A DNA stretch of 64,000 nucleotides from Macrostomum lignano (lineage: Eukaryota). The position numbers and the translations under genes were made by a program. Of this stretch, positions 25,678 through 37,521 are shown piece after piece (positions within the stretch are counted from its first letter, which is position 1; each line of letters opens with the position of its first letter). The stretch is taken from positions 190,429-254,428 of the forward strand of contig NIVC01001629.1 in NCBI GenBank assembly GCA_002269645.1. Direction: 5' to 3'. The notes beneath the pieces were generated by a model. That model saw only the letters and a list, made by a program, of their open reading frames with translations. It did not search any database and was not told the DNA's origin.

Positions 25678-27022
25678 TGCGCAGCCAAGCTATTTCGAGG
25701 CCCGTCAGGTACCAATCCACATGAAGCCGCTGGTCATCGAGAAGCTGCGGAAGATGGTGCAGAGCGGGATTCTGGAGCCGGTACCACCCGGAGGCAGCCG
25801 GTGGGCCTCACCAATTGTGGTCGTGCGCAAACCGAACAATGATCTGCGAGTCTGCTCGGACTACAAGATAGGAGTCAACCCCAAGATCTGCGCCGACTCC
25901 TACCCGCTGCCCAACATTGAGTCCGCCTTCTGCGCCCTGGCCGGGATGACCCACTTCGCCACCGTCGACTTGACAAATGCCTACAACCAGATCGAGCTGG
26001 ATGAGAACGCAAGGGAAGTGCTCACAATCAATACGCCGATCGGCCTGCTGCGGTGGACGAGAATGCCCTACGGTGTCAAGACAGCCAGTGCCCAATTTCA
26101 GGCAGCCATGGAGGCCACTATTGGCGACGCGGTGTCGAACATGGTGATCTATCAAGACGACATTTGCGTGGGCGCTCCGACAGAAGGTGAGCTGGATGCC
26201 AAAGTGAAGCACTTGCTCAGCACCCTCAAAGAGGCTGGCATGGAGATTAACCATGAGAAGTGCGTCTTTCGAAGCACCGAGATCTGCTTCCTGGGGTATC
26301 GCATCTCAGCGGATGGAGTTCGGCCAGACAAGAAGCTGGTGGAGAAGATCCAGAAGGTCAAGCCGCCCACGACGAGGAAGGAGCTGGAGTCGTTTCTGGG
26401 GCTCACCAACTATTATGCGCGCTACATCCAGGCCTACTCGGAGAAGATTGAGCCCTTGACTGCTTTGAGGAGTCAGAAGTCCAGCTTTGTGTGGGGCCTG
26501 GAGCAGCAAAAAGCTTTCGAAGACCTCAAGCGAGCCTTGGCGGTGTACCCGGTTATCCGCATATTCGATCCCAGGAAGCTGACCACCCTGACGACAGATG
26601 CCAGCGAGTCCGCAGTATCGGGAATCCTCAGCCAAGACGGACACCCGGTGCTGTACCTGTCAAGGCGCCTCTCACCCGCCGAGCGCAACTATTCCAACAT
26701 CGAGCGGGAGGCTCTGGCGGTCGTCTGGGCAACTCAGCGAGCAAAGCACTTTCTATTGGGCAAGAAATTCCTGCTTCAGTGCGACCACCAGCCACTGGAA
26801 TTCATCTTCGGACCCAGTCGGGAGCTTCCCAAGGTGACTTCGGCGCGGATCATGCGGTGGGCCATTCAGCTTGCCGCGTTCGACTTCGACATCGCCTACG
26901 TCAAGGGCAACAGCATCCCTCACGTGGATGCCATGTCCCGGATGCCATTCGAGAGCAACGATGACGGCGATTCTAGTGGCGATGGTGGCTTCATCCACTG
27001 GACCGAGACTGACCGAGACTGA
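25628..27022 (+). CDS. pol: Reverse transcriptase plus RNase H (pol fragment, +1 frame relative to gag)
   Basis: KLRGFRARIVLKDNAQP start of pol, WASPIVVV, VDLTNAYNQ, YQDD, FLGY, TDAS, YSNIEREALA, DHQPL; premature TGA at 27020-27022. Confidence 0.92.
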   Translation, partial: HPRKLRGFRARIVLKDNAQPSYFEARQVPIHMKPLVIEKLRKMVQSGILEPVPPGGSRWASPIVVVRKPNNDLRVCSDYKIGVNPKICADSYPLPNIESAFCALAGMTHFATVDLTNAYNQIELDENAREVLTINTPIGLLRWTRMPYGVKTASAQFQAAMEATIGDAVSNMVIYQDDICVGAPTEGELDAKVKHLLSTLKEAGMEINHEKCVFRSTEICFLGYRISADGVRPDKKLVEKIQKVKPPTTRKELESFLGLTNYYARYIQAYSEKIEPLTALRSQKSSFVWGLEQQKAFEDLKRALAVYPVIRIFDPRKLTTLTTDASESAVSGILSQDGHPVLYLSRRLSPAERNYSNIEREALAVVWATQRAKHFLLGKKFLLQCDHQPLEFIFGPSRELPKVTSARIMRWAIQLAAFDFDIAYVKGNSIPHVDAMSRMPFESNDDGDSSGDGGFIHWTETDRD

Positions 27023-27025
27023 CCT

Positions 27026-28357
27026 GCCTACGTCAAGGGCAACAGCATCCCTCACGTGGATGCCATGTCCCGGATGCCATTCGAGAGCAACGATGACGGC
27101 GATTCTAGTGGCGATGGTGGCTTCATCCACTGGACCGAGACTGACCTGTTGAGGCTTGAGGAAATCCGCCAGGGAACAGACATCGACCCAGTGCTCAAGA
27201 GCATCAAGCGCCGGATCCAGAAGAATGTCTGGTCCAACTGCTCGGCTGCAGAGCGTCCGTTCAAGGCTGTCCGTCATCAGTTGACGATCGAAGACGGCGT
27301 CGTATGCTGCGGAGACCTGCTGGTCCCGCCTGCCGCGGTCCGTAGTAAAATGCTGCAAGCGGCTCACGGAGTGACCCACAGCGGAGCGCTGGCGACGCGA
27401 AATCGACTCAAACGCGAAGCATGGTGGCCGGGGCACTGCGATGATGTTGAGAGGTTTGTGAAGCAGTGCACGACATGTACGAGGATCCGACCACTGCCCA
27501 ATCGCACGGTGCACACGTGGCCTACCGAGGAGACGCCTTGGAAGCGGGTGCACATGGACCATGCTCACGTGTCGGGAGTCGGCCTGATTCTGGTGCTGGT
27601 TGATGCTTTCTCTGGCTGGCCGGAAGCCGTGCACGTGGCAGACAAGAGCGCGAGGACGGTGATTCGAGTTCTACGGGCCATCTTCGCGAGGCAAGGCGTG
27701 CCGCACACTCTGGTGTCCGACAACGCACCAGAGTTCCACGATCAGGAGCTTCAAGGCTGGCTGGAGCGGATCGGCTGCAATCAGCTCTTCACGCCGCCGT
27801 ACCACCCGCAGTCCAATGGCTGCGCCGAGCGGATGGTGCAGACTGTCAAGCGAGGACTCAAGGCGTTTGCAGCTCATCAAGGACCATTTGACGCATACCT
27901 GGCCAAGCTCCTGCTGAACTACCGAGCGACTCCACGTAGTGACGGCCGAGGCAGCCCCTCAGCGCTGATGGGTCGGCAGCTGAGAAGCCCGTTGACGCTG
28001 ACCTTCGAGACGGACGCCCCGGTCGTTTACCAAGCTCGCCAAAGCGCACAGCCCGAGCTTGCTGAGTTCGTCGTGCAGGCCGGGCACAACACGGCGATCG
28101 TCACCCGGACCGAGTCGGACCGGCCCGTCCTGGCGCACCGGGACCAGCTTCGCCCACTGCTGGCCGCGGCCGGGTCGGAGGCCGAAGGAGGCCGTCCGGA
28201 GCTCAACGTATCGGAGGCGCCGACCAACGATTCGGGAGAGTCAGCGACTGTTGAGCATCCTCAAGCCGGTGAGCTCGATACGGCTGATACGGGGCTCAGG
28301 AGGAGCCAGCGCGGCAACAAGGGCGTTCCTCCTGACCGCTTGACAGCTCGTTGGTGA
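27026..28357 (+). CDS. pol: Integrase (pol fragment, same frame as RT)
   Basis: HHCC zinc finger (AHGVTH...CTTC) and the DDE triad HMDHA, VSDNAPEF, SNGCAERMV. Confidence 0.92.
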   Translation, partial: AYVKGNSIPHVDAMSRMPFESNDDGDSSGDGGFIHWTETDLLRLEEIRQGTDIDPVLKSIKRRIQKNVWSNCSAAERPFKAVRHQLTIEDGVVCCGDLLVPPAAVRSKMLQAAHGVTHSGALATRNRLKREAWWPGHCDDVERFVKQCTTCTRIRPLPNRTVHTWPTEETPWKRVHMDHAHVSGVGLILVLVDAFSGWPEAVHVADKSARTVIRVLRAIFARQGVPHTLVSDNAPEFHDQELQGWLERIGCNQLFTPPYHPQSNGCAERMVQTVKRGLKAFAAHQGPFDAYLAKLLLNYRATPRSDGRGSPSALMGRQLRSPLTLTFETDAPVVYQARQSAQPELAEFVVQAGHNTAIVTRTESDRPVLAHRDQLRPLLAAAGSEAEGGRPELNVSEAPTNDSGESATVEHPQAGELDTADTGLRRSQRGNKGVPPDRLTARW

Positions 28358-28365
28358 TGACGGGA

Positions 28366-28619
28366 TGTGGTGCCGGAGCGCTGAGCTCTAGGCACTGGCT
28401 AACTAACTAGCTTATGCTATGTACGTGCACACCATTCTTTCCTCTCCCTTCGCTCTGACTGGCCATCCCCTAAGCCGCCATGTACTTGTACGTAGTTATT
28501 TATCATCACGTGACTTTATTTCGGTGTTCTCTCGGCCCCTGCTCGTGTCATTATTTAATAAGCTACTTGCTAGTTAAAATAAACCTTGAGTTTCTTTATG
28601 CCAAATTCACGGCACGACA
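28366..28619 (+). repeat. 3' LTR (254 bp)
   Basis: TGTGGTGCC...GGCACGACA, followed by the TSD. Confidence 0.96.
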
Positions 28620-28907
28620 AGAAATAAAAGAGAGGAGAGGAGATGAGTAAAGAGAAGAGAAATAAAAGAGAGGAGATTGGAGAGCAGGGAGCTGAGAAGC
28701 GACAGTCCTTGAGCGGGCCGGATGGCTATTGTGAAGTTTCAAAGACCCGAGGGCCGGTGGAGAGGCTTCGAAGGCCGGAGTTTGCAGTGTGCAGTGCGGT
28801 CGCGCACAGACAGTTAAGCATGGAACTTCAAGCGGTTAAGATCAGTTGACAACGAGTTCAGCCCTCAGAAACCCGATCCATCGCGAGTTCGACTCTCACT
28901 GTTGGAC

Positions 28908-29090
28908 GCACCTGTAGAATCTCGCACCTGTAGAATCTCGCACCTGTAGAATCTCGCACCTGTAGAATCTCGCACCTGTAGAATCTCGCACCTGTAGAAT
29001 CTCGCACCTGTAGAATCTCGCACCTGTAGAATCTCGCACATGTAGAATCTCGCACCTGTAGAATCTCGCACCTGTAGAATCTCGCACCTG
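28908..29090. repeat. 16-bp minisatellite (CACCTGTAGAATCTCG)n
   Basis: About 11 copies just upstream of the acceptor at 29116. Confidence 0.94.
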
Positions 29091-29116
29091 AGCTCGAATT
29101 CCTCTCCAATCCGCAG

Positions 29117-29318
29117 TGCCAGCCGCCAAGATCGCAAGCTCGGCCCCCAGCAACCCGAGCCACGAGCCGCTGCGCCGCAGCATCCGCGCCGCCCTGGACC
29201 CCAGCCGCACCGAGGCCCTCGAGGAGGCCGCCGAGGCCGCCATCGCCGAGTCCGGCGGCAGCCGGCAGGTCGAGAAGCTGCTGGCGCTGAGCTACTCGGA
29301 GTTCGGCTCGATGGCTAA
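29117..29318 (+). CDS. Orphan secreted protein, second coding exon
   Basis: Acceptor CCAATCCGCAG (phase 1) and donor AA|GTAAAA (phase 2); strongly GC3-biased codons. Confidence 0.8.
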
Positions 29319-29541
29319 GTAAAATCTTTTTATTCATTAAAATTCGATTTGAGCCAGTAACAGCCTACTGATAGACTGAGACTGCCAGTAGTACGAATGT
29401 ACAGCGCTTCCAAAGGGCGCACAATAGCTGTGGCTGAGCTGTCGGTTGCACATCTGGCCCGATTGGGGATGGTGTAATCAATTTTTAATAAACCATGACC
29501 ATAATCCCTGACCCGAACCATAACCTAAACCTTTAATACCA

Positions 29542-30001
29542 GCCCTGACCGCCCCAGCCCTGACTGCCCCAGCCCTGACCGCCCCAGCCCTGACTGCCCC
29601 AGCCCTGACTGCCCCAGCCCTGACCGCCCCAGCCCTGACTGCCCCAGCCCTGACCGCCCCAGCCTCGACTGCCCCAGCCCTGACCGCCCCAGCCCTGACT
29701 GCCCCAGCCCTGACCGCCCCAGCCCTGACTGCCCCAGCCCTGACCGCCCCAGCCTCGACTGCCCCAGCCCTGACCGCCCCAGCCCTGACTGCCCCAGCCC
29801 TGACCGCCCCAGCCCTGACTGCCCCAGCCCTGACTGCCCCAGCCCTGACTGCCCCAGCCCTGACCGCCCCAGCCCTGACTGCCCCAGCCCTGACCGCCCC
29901 AGCCCTGACTGCCCCAGCCCTGACCGCCCCAGCCCTGACTCCCCCAGCCCTGACTGCCCCAGCCCTGACTGCCCTAGCCCTGACTGCCCCAGCCCTGACC
30001 G
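29542..30001. repeat. 15-bp minisatellite (GCCCCAGCCCTGAC[T/C])n
   Basis: About 30 copies filling the intron up to the acceptor at 30012. Confidence 0.96.
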
Positions 30002-30012
30002 CCGATTCCCAG

Positions 30013-30499
30013 GGTGCAGCCGTTCAACCGCCTGCTGGCCAACAACACGGACAATTTTGTCCCACTGGTGCTCAGCCTGCTGGGAGCCGACTCCAGACAC
30101 CTCGCCGATTTCCGAGAGCTGGCCTTCCCGGAGCTGGCTAACGGCACCGGGCCGGAGGGCTGGCGTCTGCACAAGCTGGCGCACTGGCCGAAGGACGGGC
30201 GCAGCTCCGGCACGAAGCTGTCCTGCCTGCTGGTGGCGCCGGCCGGCCCGGCCAGCTACGACCTGGTGCTGGTCATCTCCGCCACGGCGCCAGTGCAGAT
30301 CGGCGACCGCGACCTGCTGGTGGCCGAGACCAAGCTGGCCGAGCAGCTGGGCTGGCCGGACAGGCGGGAGTCGCGCCTGGCCAGAGTCGGACACGAGGCC
30401 GGCCTGTCCGAGTCCGATCTGGACGGCCTGATGGCCTTCGCCGAGCTGAACTGCCTGCGCAAACTCGGCGCTTATTTTGAAGTCGCGCTGGACAGTTGA
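30013..30499 (+). CDS. Orphan secreted protein, terminal exon
   Basis: Acceptor TTCCCAG, phase 2 (AA|G = Lys), stop TGA. Exons sum to 55+202+487 = 744 nt = 247 aa plus stop. Confidence 0.82.
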
Positions 30500-30508
30500 G
30501 AATGCGAG

Positions 30509-31300
30509 CGGCTGCCTACTTGCAGTAGTACCGGCAAATTTCCCGATATTTGCGTTGCTTTAATTGAACTTCGGCTGCCTACTTGCAGTAGTACCGGCTA
30601 ATTTCCCGATATTTGCGTTGCTTTAATTGAACTTCGGCTGCCTACTTGCAGTAGTACCGGCAAATTTCCCGATATTTGCGTTGCTTTAATTGAACTTCAG
30701 CTGCCTACTTGCAGTAGTACCGGCTAATTTCCCGATATTTGCGTTGCTTTAATTGAACTTCGGCTGCGTACTTGCAGTAGTACCGGCAAATTTCCCGATA
30801 TTTGCGTTGCTTTAATTGAACTTCAGCTGCCTACTTGCAGTAGTACCGGCTAATTTCCCGATATTTGCGTTGCTTTAATTGAACTTCGGCTGCCTACTTG
30901 CAGTAGTACCGGCAAATTTCCCGATATTTGCGTTGATTTAACTGAACTTCGGCTGCCTACTTGCAGTAGTACCGGCTAATTTCCCGATATTTGCGTTGCT
31001 TTAACTGAACTTCGGCTGCCTACTTGCAGTAGTACCGGCTAATTTCCCGATATTTGCGTTGATTTAATTGAACTTCGGCTGCGTACTTGCAGTAGTACCG
31101 GCTAATTTCCCGATATTTGCGTTGCTTTAATTGAACTTCGGCTGCCTACTTGCAGTAGTACCGGCTAATTTCCCGATATTTGCGTTGCTTTAATTGAACT
31201 TCGGCTGCCTACTTGCAGTAGTACCGGCTAATTTCCCGATATTTGCGTTGCTTTAATTGAACTTCGGCTGCCTACTTGCAGTAGTAACGGCTAATTTCCC
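30509..31300. repeat. 63-bp minisatellite, ~12.5 copies
   Basis: 63-bp period (30509, 30572...); begins 10 bp after the stop codon. Confidence 0.96.
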
Positions 31301-31734
31301 GATTTGATTTTCGATTCTCTGCAAGGGCCAGCCCCCAAGACATAGTGGCTCGTATGTGCTGAGTCAGCTGAATGGGGAGGATCGCCTCACGGCTGGTTGT
31401 GAGACGGGGGGCGGGGGGGCAGCTGAGTGCTCCATGGGTTGCTGAAAGGCGAATGGGGACTAGAGGTGAGAAGCTGCTGGGCCGCAACCCCAGACCCAAA
31501 AGACAAACAAAAAGAATAGCAACCGGGTGGTGGCTTAGGCCCTAGCAACGAGTAGCTCCCCGGCTTGGAAAAACCAGAGGTCGAGCCAAAGGTCCATCAG
31601 CGCGGTGCTACACTGGGGCCTTGAGAGAGAATGTCTCTGGAAGCTGTCTTCGGAGCCTGTGGACAACTGCATGCCCAAATGCGGCCGGAGTCACTGGATG
31701 GTCCAGCAGCCGTAGGGTGTGGCTTTAACTCCCG

Positions 31735-32190
31735 CTGGAGCATGTACCCTGAGCTGGAGCATGTACCCTGAGCTGGAGCATGTACCCTGAGCTGAAGCAT
31801 GTACCCTGAGCTGGAGCATGTACCCTGAGCTGGAGCATGTACCCTGAGCTGGAGCATGTACCCTGAGCTGGAGCATGTACCCTGAGCTGGAGCATGTACC
31901 CTGAGCTGGAGCATGTACCCTGAGCTGGAGCATGTACCCTGAGCTGGAGCATGTACCCTGAGCTGGAGCATGTACCCTGAGCTGGAGCATGTACCCTGAG
32001 CTGGAGCATGTACCCTGAGCTGGAGCATGTACCCTGAGCTGGAGCATGTACCCTGAGCTGGAGCATGTACCCTGAGCTGGAGCATGTACCCTGAGCTGGA
32101 GCATGTACCCTGAGCTGGAGCATGTACCCTGAGCTGGAGCATGTACCCTGAGCTGGAGCATGTACCCTGAGCTGGAGCATGTACCCTGAG
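31735..32190. repeat. 19-bp minisatellite (GCTGGAGCATGTACCCTGA)n
   Basis: About 24 near-identical copies. Confidence 0.97.
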
Positions 32191-32680
32191 CAGGAGCATC
32201 GGGGGGCTGAAGGGTGAAGCATCGCAGACCAGAGCCTGAAGGCCAAGTCTGTCTCGTAATTCTCAAGCAAGCTGCCGCATCAACGCGAGCGTGCACAATG
32301 CGCTCTCTTCTGGCTGTTGCGAGGGCCAATCGCACAGCGAAACCCCATGACCAGCGGTCAGGCCAAAACGCGACAGATTCCGAAAGACACGCAACAGAAC
32401 CGGGGTTCCAGAAGTTTGCATTTAGGTCGCCTACCTGAAGCAAACCAACTGCAGAGCTTGTTAAATGTGCTGACCTTTGCGAATATAAAATTGCATTGTC
32501 CCAGCCAAAGCAGGCGTGACCTAAAATTAGACTCAGAAGCTACTCGTGTCCGTAAATAAAAACTCTATGGTAAAAAGTTACTCAAAACAAAGAATACTTA
32601 AAGAGAAGTTCTGCTCGATGAAGCTCTATTAATTTTTTTTATTTCACTGCGAAGTCTCCTCGCGGACGCGACCGACCAGG

Positions 32681-35168
32681 ATGCCCCGCCAGCCGCAGCC
32701 ACCCAGCAGCCGGATGGACATCCGCTTCTTCACCGGCCGATCGGACTCTGTCGACGCGCAGTCGCCAAAGAATTTCTCTTCCTCAAGCGTCGTCATTCCG
32801 TGCAGCGAAGAGGCTCCGGAATCGACGCCAAGGCGGAGCGCCTCGCCGCCGGAGCGGCAGCCGCAGCCATCGCCGACGCAGTCGCAGTCGCAGCCGCCCC
32901 CGCTCTTTTTCCAGAGCCACCGAGAGCGAGCGACGCTGGCGACGCTGAGCCCCCGGCGACAGCGCCGGCAGCTCCGCCGGGAGCGCCGCTGGGAGCAGCG
33001 AATCCAGATGCCGGACCCGGCGCCGCATCGGAGTGCGCAGCCGGCGCCGAACCTGCTGCCTGCGGAGCGGCGTTGGAGCGCCTTCGATGCCGACGGCTCG
33101 GCCACTGACCGGCGGAGAAAGCGTTCGAAGCAGCGGAAAGAGAAGCCGTCTGTGTCCAAGACGATTTCGAACGAGCCGCAGGAGGCCCACCAGCCGGTTA
33201 AGAAGTCAAAGAAGCCTAAAGCGAACTCACCACCGCCCAGACAGTTGACTGAGCCAGCTGACGGACTTCAGAAGCAGACGGATTCGACAGGCGATCAGCT
33301 CTCAACCTCGGAGAACCGGCCGGACAGACGGCAGAAGTGCCGCAGCGGTGGCGGCAGGCAGAGCGGCTGCTTGCAGCAGCGGCACAGGAAAGACTCGTCG
33401 ACTGAGCAGCCCACAGACGATGAGGCGACTCGTCCTGCAATGGAAAACCAGCAGACAGGGCAGCGGCCAGTGCAGCAGCGACCAAAGAAAGTTTGGCGGC
33501 TTCCTCGGTTTCCTGAGGACGTAGTGCACCCGCAGCTGCAGGCGCAGGATGAGGACCAAATGCTGTTCCAACAGTTGAGCAGTGTGCTACATCATCAGAG
33601 GGACCAGCTGATTAGCACACTTCCTGCTCCGACTGAGGATCGACAGGAAAAAATTGCGCGACATCATAAAAAGACGGCCGCTAAACTTCAGCAAGAGGAT
33701 TCGCTGGATCGCGCGCTGCATCACAAGGAGAAATCTGTAGTGCCTCGTATTGGCCGTTCCAATGCATCAGAGCAAAGTCGTGTCATCCGCCCACGCGATC
33801 ATGTCCACTCTGTGCAAGATGAAGGGATTGTGGTGCGGTCACGGGATCATGTCCACTCTGTGCAAGATGAAGGGATTGCGGTGCGACCACGGGATCATGT
33901 CCACTCTGTGCAAGATGAAGGGATTGTGGTGCGACCACGGGATCATGTCCACTCTGTGCAAGATGAAGGGATTGTGGTGCGACCACGGGATCATGTCCAC
34001 TCTGTGCAACATGAAGGGATTGTGGTGCGACCACGGGATCATGTTCACTCTGGCAATGTGGTGCGGTCACGGGATCATGTCCACTCTGTGCAAGATGAAG
34101 GCATTGTGGTGCGGCCACGGGATCATGTTCACTCTGGCAATGTGGTGCGGTCACGGGATCATGTCCACTCTGTGCAAGATGAAGGCATTGTGGTGCGGCC
34201 ATGGGATCATGTTCACTCTGGCAATGTGGTGCGGTCACGGGATCATGTCCACTCTGTGCAAGATGAAGGGATTGTGGTGCGGTCACGGGATCATGTCCAC
34301 TCTCTGCAAGATAAAGGTATTGTGGTGCGGCCCAGACAGCACGGACCGTCAGAGCTGCAGCCAAGAGATCTCCCCGTCTTCTTCCTACCAGAGCAAAGTT
34401 CGCTTGAAGCAAATTCAATAAGGCGCTCGAATCGCACTGTGGACCATCAGCGCCATGCTCAGCTGGAACCGTGGCGCGTCAATCATCAGAACAATCGGTT
34501 GAAACGCGAGCAGCTGAGTCCGAGTCACCGACGGCATCGGACATCCGCCACTCAGTTGGACCATCGAGAGCAGCCAGTTAACATGGGCAGTGGCGAACAG
34601 GAGCAGGCATTGCATCAGCCGCCAGATGATTCGTGGCCTGACAAAGATCTGAATCAGGACAAATGTCAACCAGATAATGTGCATCGTCAGTTAGATCATG
34701 TAATATATTCCCAACATCGTGTGCAGCGTCAACATGACCATCAAGACGACGCGCAACATTACCAAAATCGTACACAGCGCCCACAAGATCACGTAGGTTG
34801 CCAGCAAGATCATGTCCAGCGCCACGATGGTCATGTGCAGCATCAGCTAAACTATGTGCAAGGTCAGCCAAATCATGTGCTGCAGGAATTGCGACGCGAC
34901 GGAAATCCTTCACAGAAGCGCCGGGAACAGTTCTCATACCACCGAGATCTTCTGGTCCACTGCGCAAGCCACGAGACAGTTCAAGAAGTTCAAGAACACA
35001 TTGAAATGCACCAGTGGAAAGATTCAAAGGACGAACCCGCTTACAGTAGGGCCCCAGATCAAGAGGCAATTGTCGGGAATGGTGTGGACTGCACGCCTCG
35101 ACAGCCAGTTCCGCTCGCTCGTCAAAGGAACCAGCGGCAACCATGCTTGCACCTTCATGCTCAGCAGG

Positions 35169-35217
<49 letters not shown>

Positions 35218-36280
35218 GCAGCATCAGCAGCGTTTATTGGACCACAAACAACAACAACCACAACAGCAACAGCAGCATCAGCAGCGTCTATTGGACCACA
35301 AACAACAACCACAACAGCAACAGCAGCATCAGCAGCGTCTATTGGACCACAAACAACAACCACAACAGCAACAGCAGCATCAGCAGCGTTTATTGGACCA
35401 CAAACAACAACAACCACAACAGCAACAGCAGCATCAGCAGCGTTTATTGGACCACAAACAACAACCACAACAGCAACAGCAGCATCAGCAGCGTTTATTG
35501 GACCACAAACAACAACAACCACAACAGCAACAGCAGCATCAGCAGCGTTTATTGGACCACAAACAACAACCACAACAGCAACAGCAGCATCAGCAGCGTT
35601 TATTGGACCACAAACAACAACAACCACAACAGCAACAGCAGCATCAGCAGCGTTTATTGGACCACAAACAACAACCACAACAGCAACAGCAGCATCAGCA
35701 GCGTTTATTGGACCACAAACAACAACAACCACAACAGCAACAGCAGCAGCAGCAGCGTTTATTGGACCACAAACAACAACAACAACAACCACAACAGCAA
35801 CAGCAGCATCAGCAGCGTTTATTGGACCACAAACAACAACAACCACAACAGCAACAGCAGCATCAGCAGCGTTTATTGGACCACAAACAACAACAACCAC
35901 AACAGCAGCAGCAGCGGGTATGGCAGCACGGAGACAGCGAGCCAGGGAATTTACCGGCTGATAATCATGAAAAATCCCAGATCGAGGATGCTGGCGAGAC
36001 TTTGTCCGGCTCAGAGATGCCCAGCGTCACCGACAGCGAGCAGAAGTCTTCCAGCACGCAGCAGCAGCTGCAGCAGCTGCGGAGACTTCAAGCGCACCGT
36101 CTGAGGCGCGCCTCCAGCAGCAGCAAAACTCAAATCGGTCAATCGGGCGTCAAGGATGTCCTGGTGGCAAGCAGTCAGCCGGACAACGCGGATGGTCGGG
36201 AGCTGCCAGTCCTGCGGGTTGTTGTGGCCGATAGTCAAGAGTTCTCGGAGCCGATCGTGGCGCGCCTCCTGTTCGACTAG
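32681..36280 (+). CDS. Uncharacterised 1199-aa intronless, likely disordered Gln/His/Arg-rich protein with two internal repeat blocks
   Basis: 3.6-kb ORF with ATG and AT-rich flanks; more than 2 kb of it is non-repetitive and stop-free. Internal repeats (48/36-nt and 51/54-nt units) are all multiples of 3. No recognisable domain. Confidence 0.6.
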
Positions 36281-37334
36281 GGCTGCGGCGCCGCCCTGAC
36301 AACGGCGCAATGCGAACTTCTGTCAGCGTTTTCCAGAACATTTTTTATCACAAAGCAACTTGTACTTTGCAACAGTATCCAAGTTTTTTGCTTTCTTCGA
36401 CAGCGAAGTTTTTTACATTACGGTTTCTTGGAATAAGAAAGTAACTAAACCAAGCGCTTGGCTCTTTTTTACTAAGAAAAGCTTCAACTTCCAGAACTTC
36501 AGCTAAAATTCAGCACAGAATATGTACGTATTACACTACTATCAGTAGCTTACATTAGTAGACAGAGGGAATTAATTACAATATGTAAGTAACTGGCACC
36601 CTAACGAGCCCTCAAGATCCTTCGAAACTGGAACAGACAGGAGTCAAAAGTCATCGTGAAAGCGTCCAGCGCTCCCGTGGGACGTGAGAATTCAATGAAG
36701 TCTCGGCGCAATAAAAACCGACCGCATGCGAAACAGCTACTTACAGTAGGAATCTAAGCAATCCAACCGCAGATCAATGTAAAACAGTGAAATGAAGAGC
36801 TTTGAAAAAACATTTTAATCTAGGAATTGCAAAGGACAACAGAATGTTTGTTTGGTTTTCTGAGAAAAAGGATTGGGTCATATTGCAATCAGTTAGGCTA
36901 GATTAGCAATCCAATCGAATGATCGGTATGCACTGAGTTTGCAGCCAGACTAGAAGCATCGAGCCGCAAGTCTCAAACATCGGCGGCTTCAGCAAAATTT
37001 CTAAGGCCATCCGACTTGATTGGAATTTGCGTCAAAGAGCTGGAAGGTCGCAGGTTCGATCTCGAGTGGCGTCGGCTTCTGCAAGAATGGGTTGAAGATT
37101 GAGAGGGTTTTATATTGATAAAATTCTGTTAGCAGACTATTTTCATGCTGCAAATTATGGTTTGAATGATTGGTAGACTTTGTGACTGCGTGCTGAGGTG
37201 AAAAAAGGAAAACTGCACTCAATGACCTCAGCCAGTGTTCAAATTTTTTAATTTATGAATGCAAAAGTGACTTGTGAGCTGGGAAATTTGCCCATTCAGT
37301 GCAAAACGGCTAAAAAGGGCACCCGATGAAGAAC

Positions 37335-37521
37335 TCAGTTCGGGCGGCGATGCAGCGGGCAGCTTCCGTGCAGCAGGCAGGAGCTGCTGAACCGCCGGAG
37401 TCTCCGCTGCTGCCGCTGCTGCGGCTCGTCGGTTGAATTCAGCAGAATCTGCGCTGCATCCGGGCTTCGTGAGACTGACTGAGCTCCGACTGTGGCCGAT
37501 GTGTCACTTTCGGCTGCGAGT
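37335..37521 (-). CDS. CEP135: CEP135/TSGA10-like gene, predicted terminal exon
   Basis: Acceptor CCACCTCAG, phase 2, completing AG|A from the exon ending at 39474; stop TGA. Confidence 0.55.

Larger units (their letters stand above)
24165..28619 (+). mobile_element. Ty3/Gypsy LTR retrotransposon, Mag clade; full-length but disrupted
   Basis: TG...CA LTRs at both ends, 5-bp TSD AGAAA (24160-24164 and 28620-28624), PBS-like TGGCG just after the 5' LTR, domain order Gag-PR-RT-RH-IN, and the Mag-type double zinc knuckle CX2CX3HX4C + CX2CX4HX4C. Confidence 0.96.

Noticed and set aside
25600-25680. Programmed ribosomal frameshift between gag-PR and RT
   Set aside because: The shift falls after the protease, Mag-clade elements normally have one ORF, and linker residues look deleted. 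A lesion is more likely, pending comparison with other copies.
37005-37075. tRNA-like segment (AAGGTCGCAGGTTCGATCTC); B-box-like motifs also at ~20079 and ~59130
   Set aside because: T-loop/B-box resemblance only; no acceptor stem or full cloverleaf. At most a decayed tRNA-derived SINE head.
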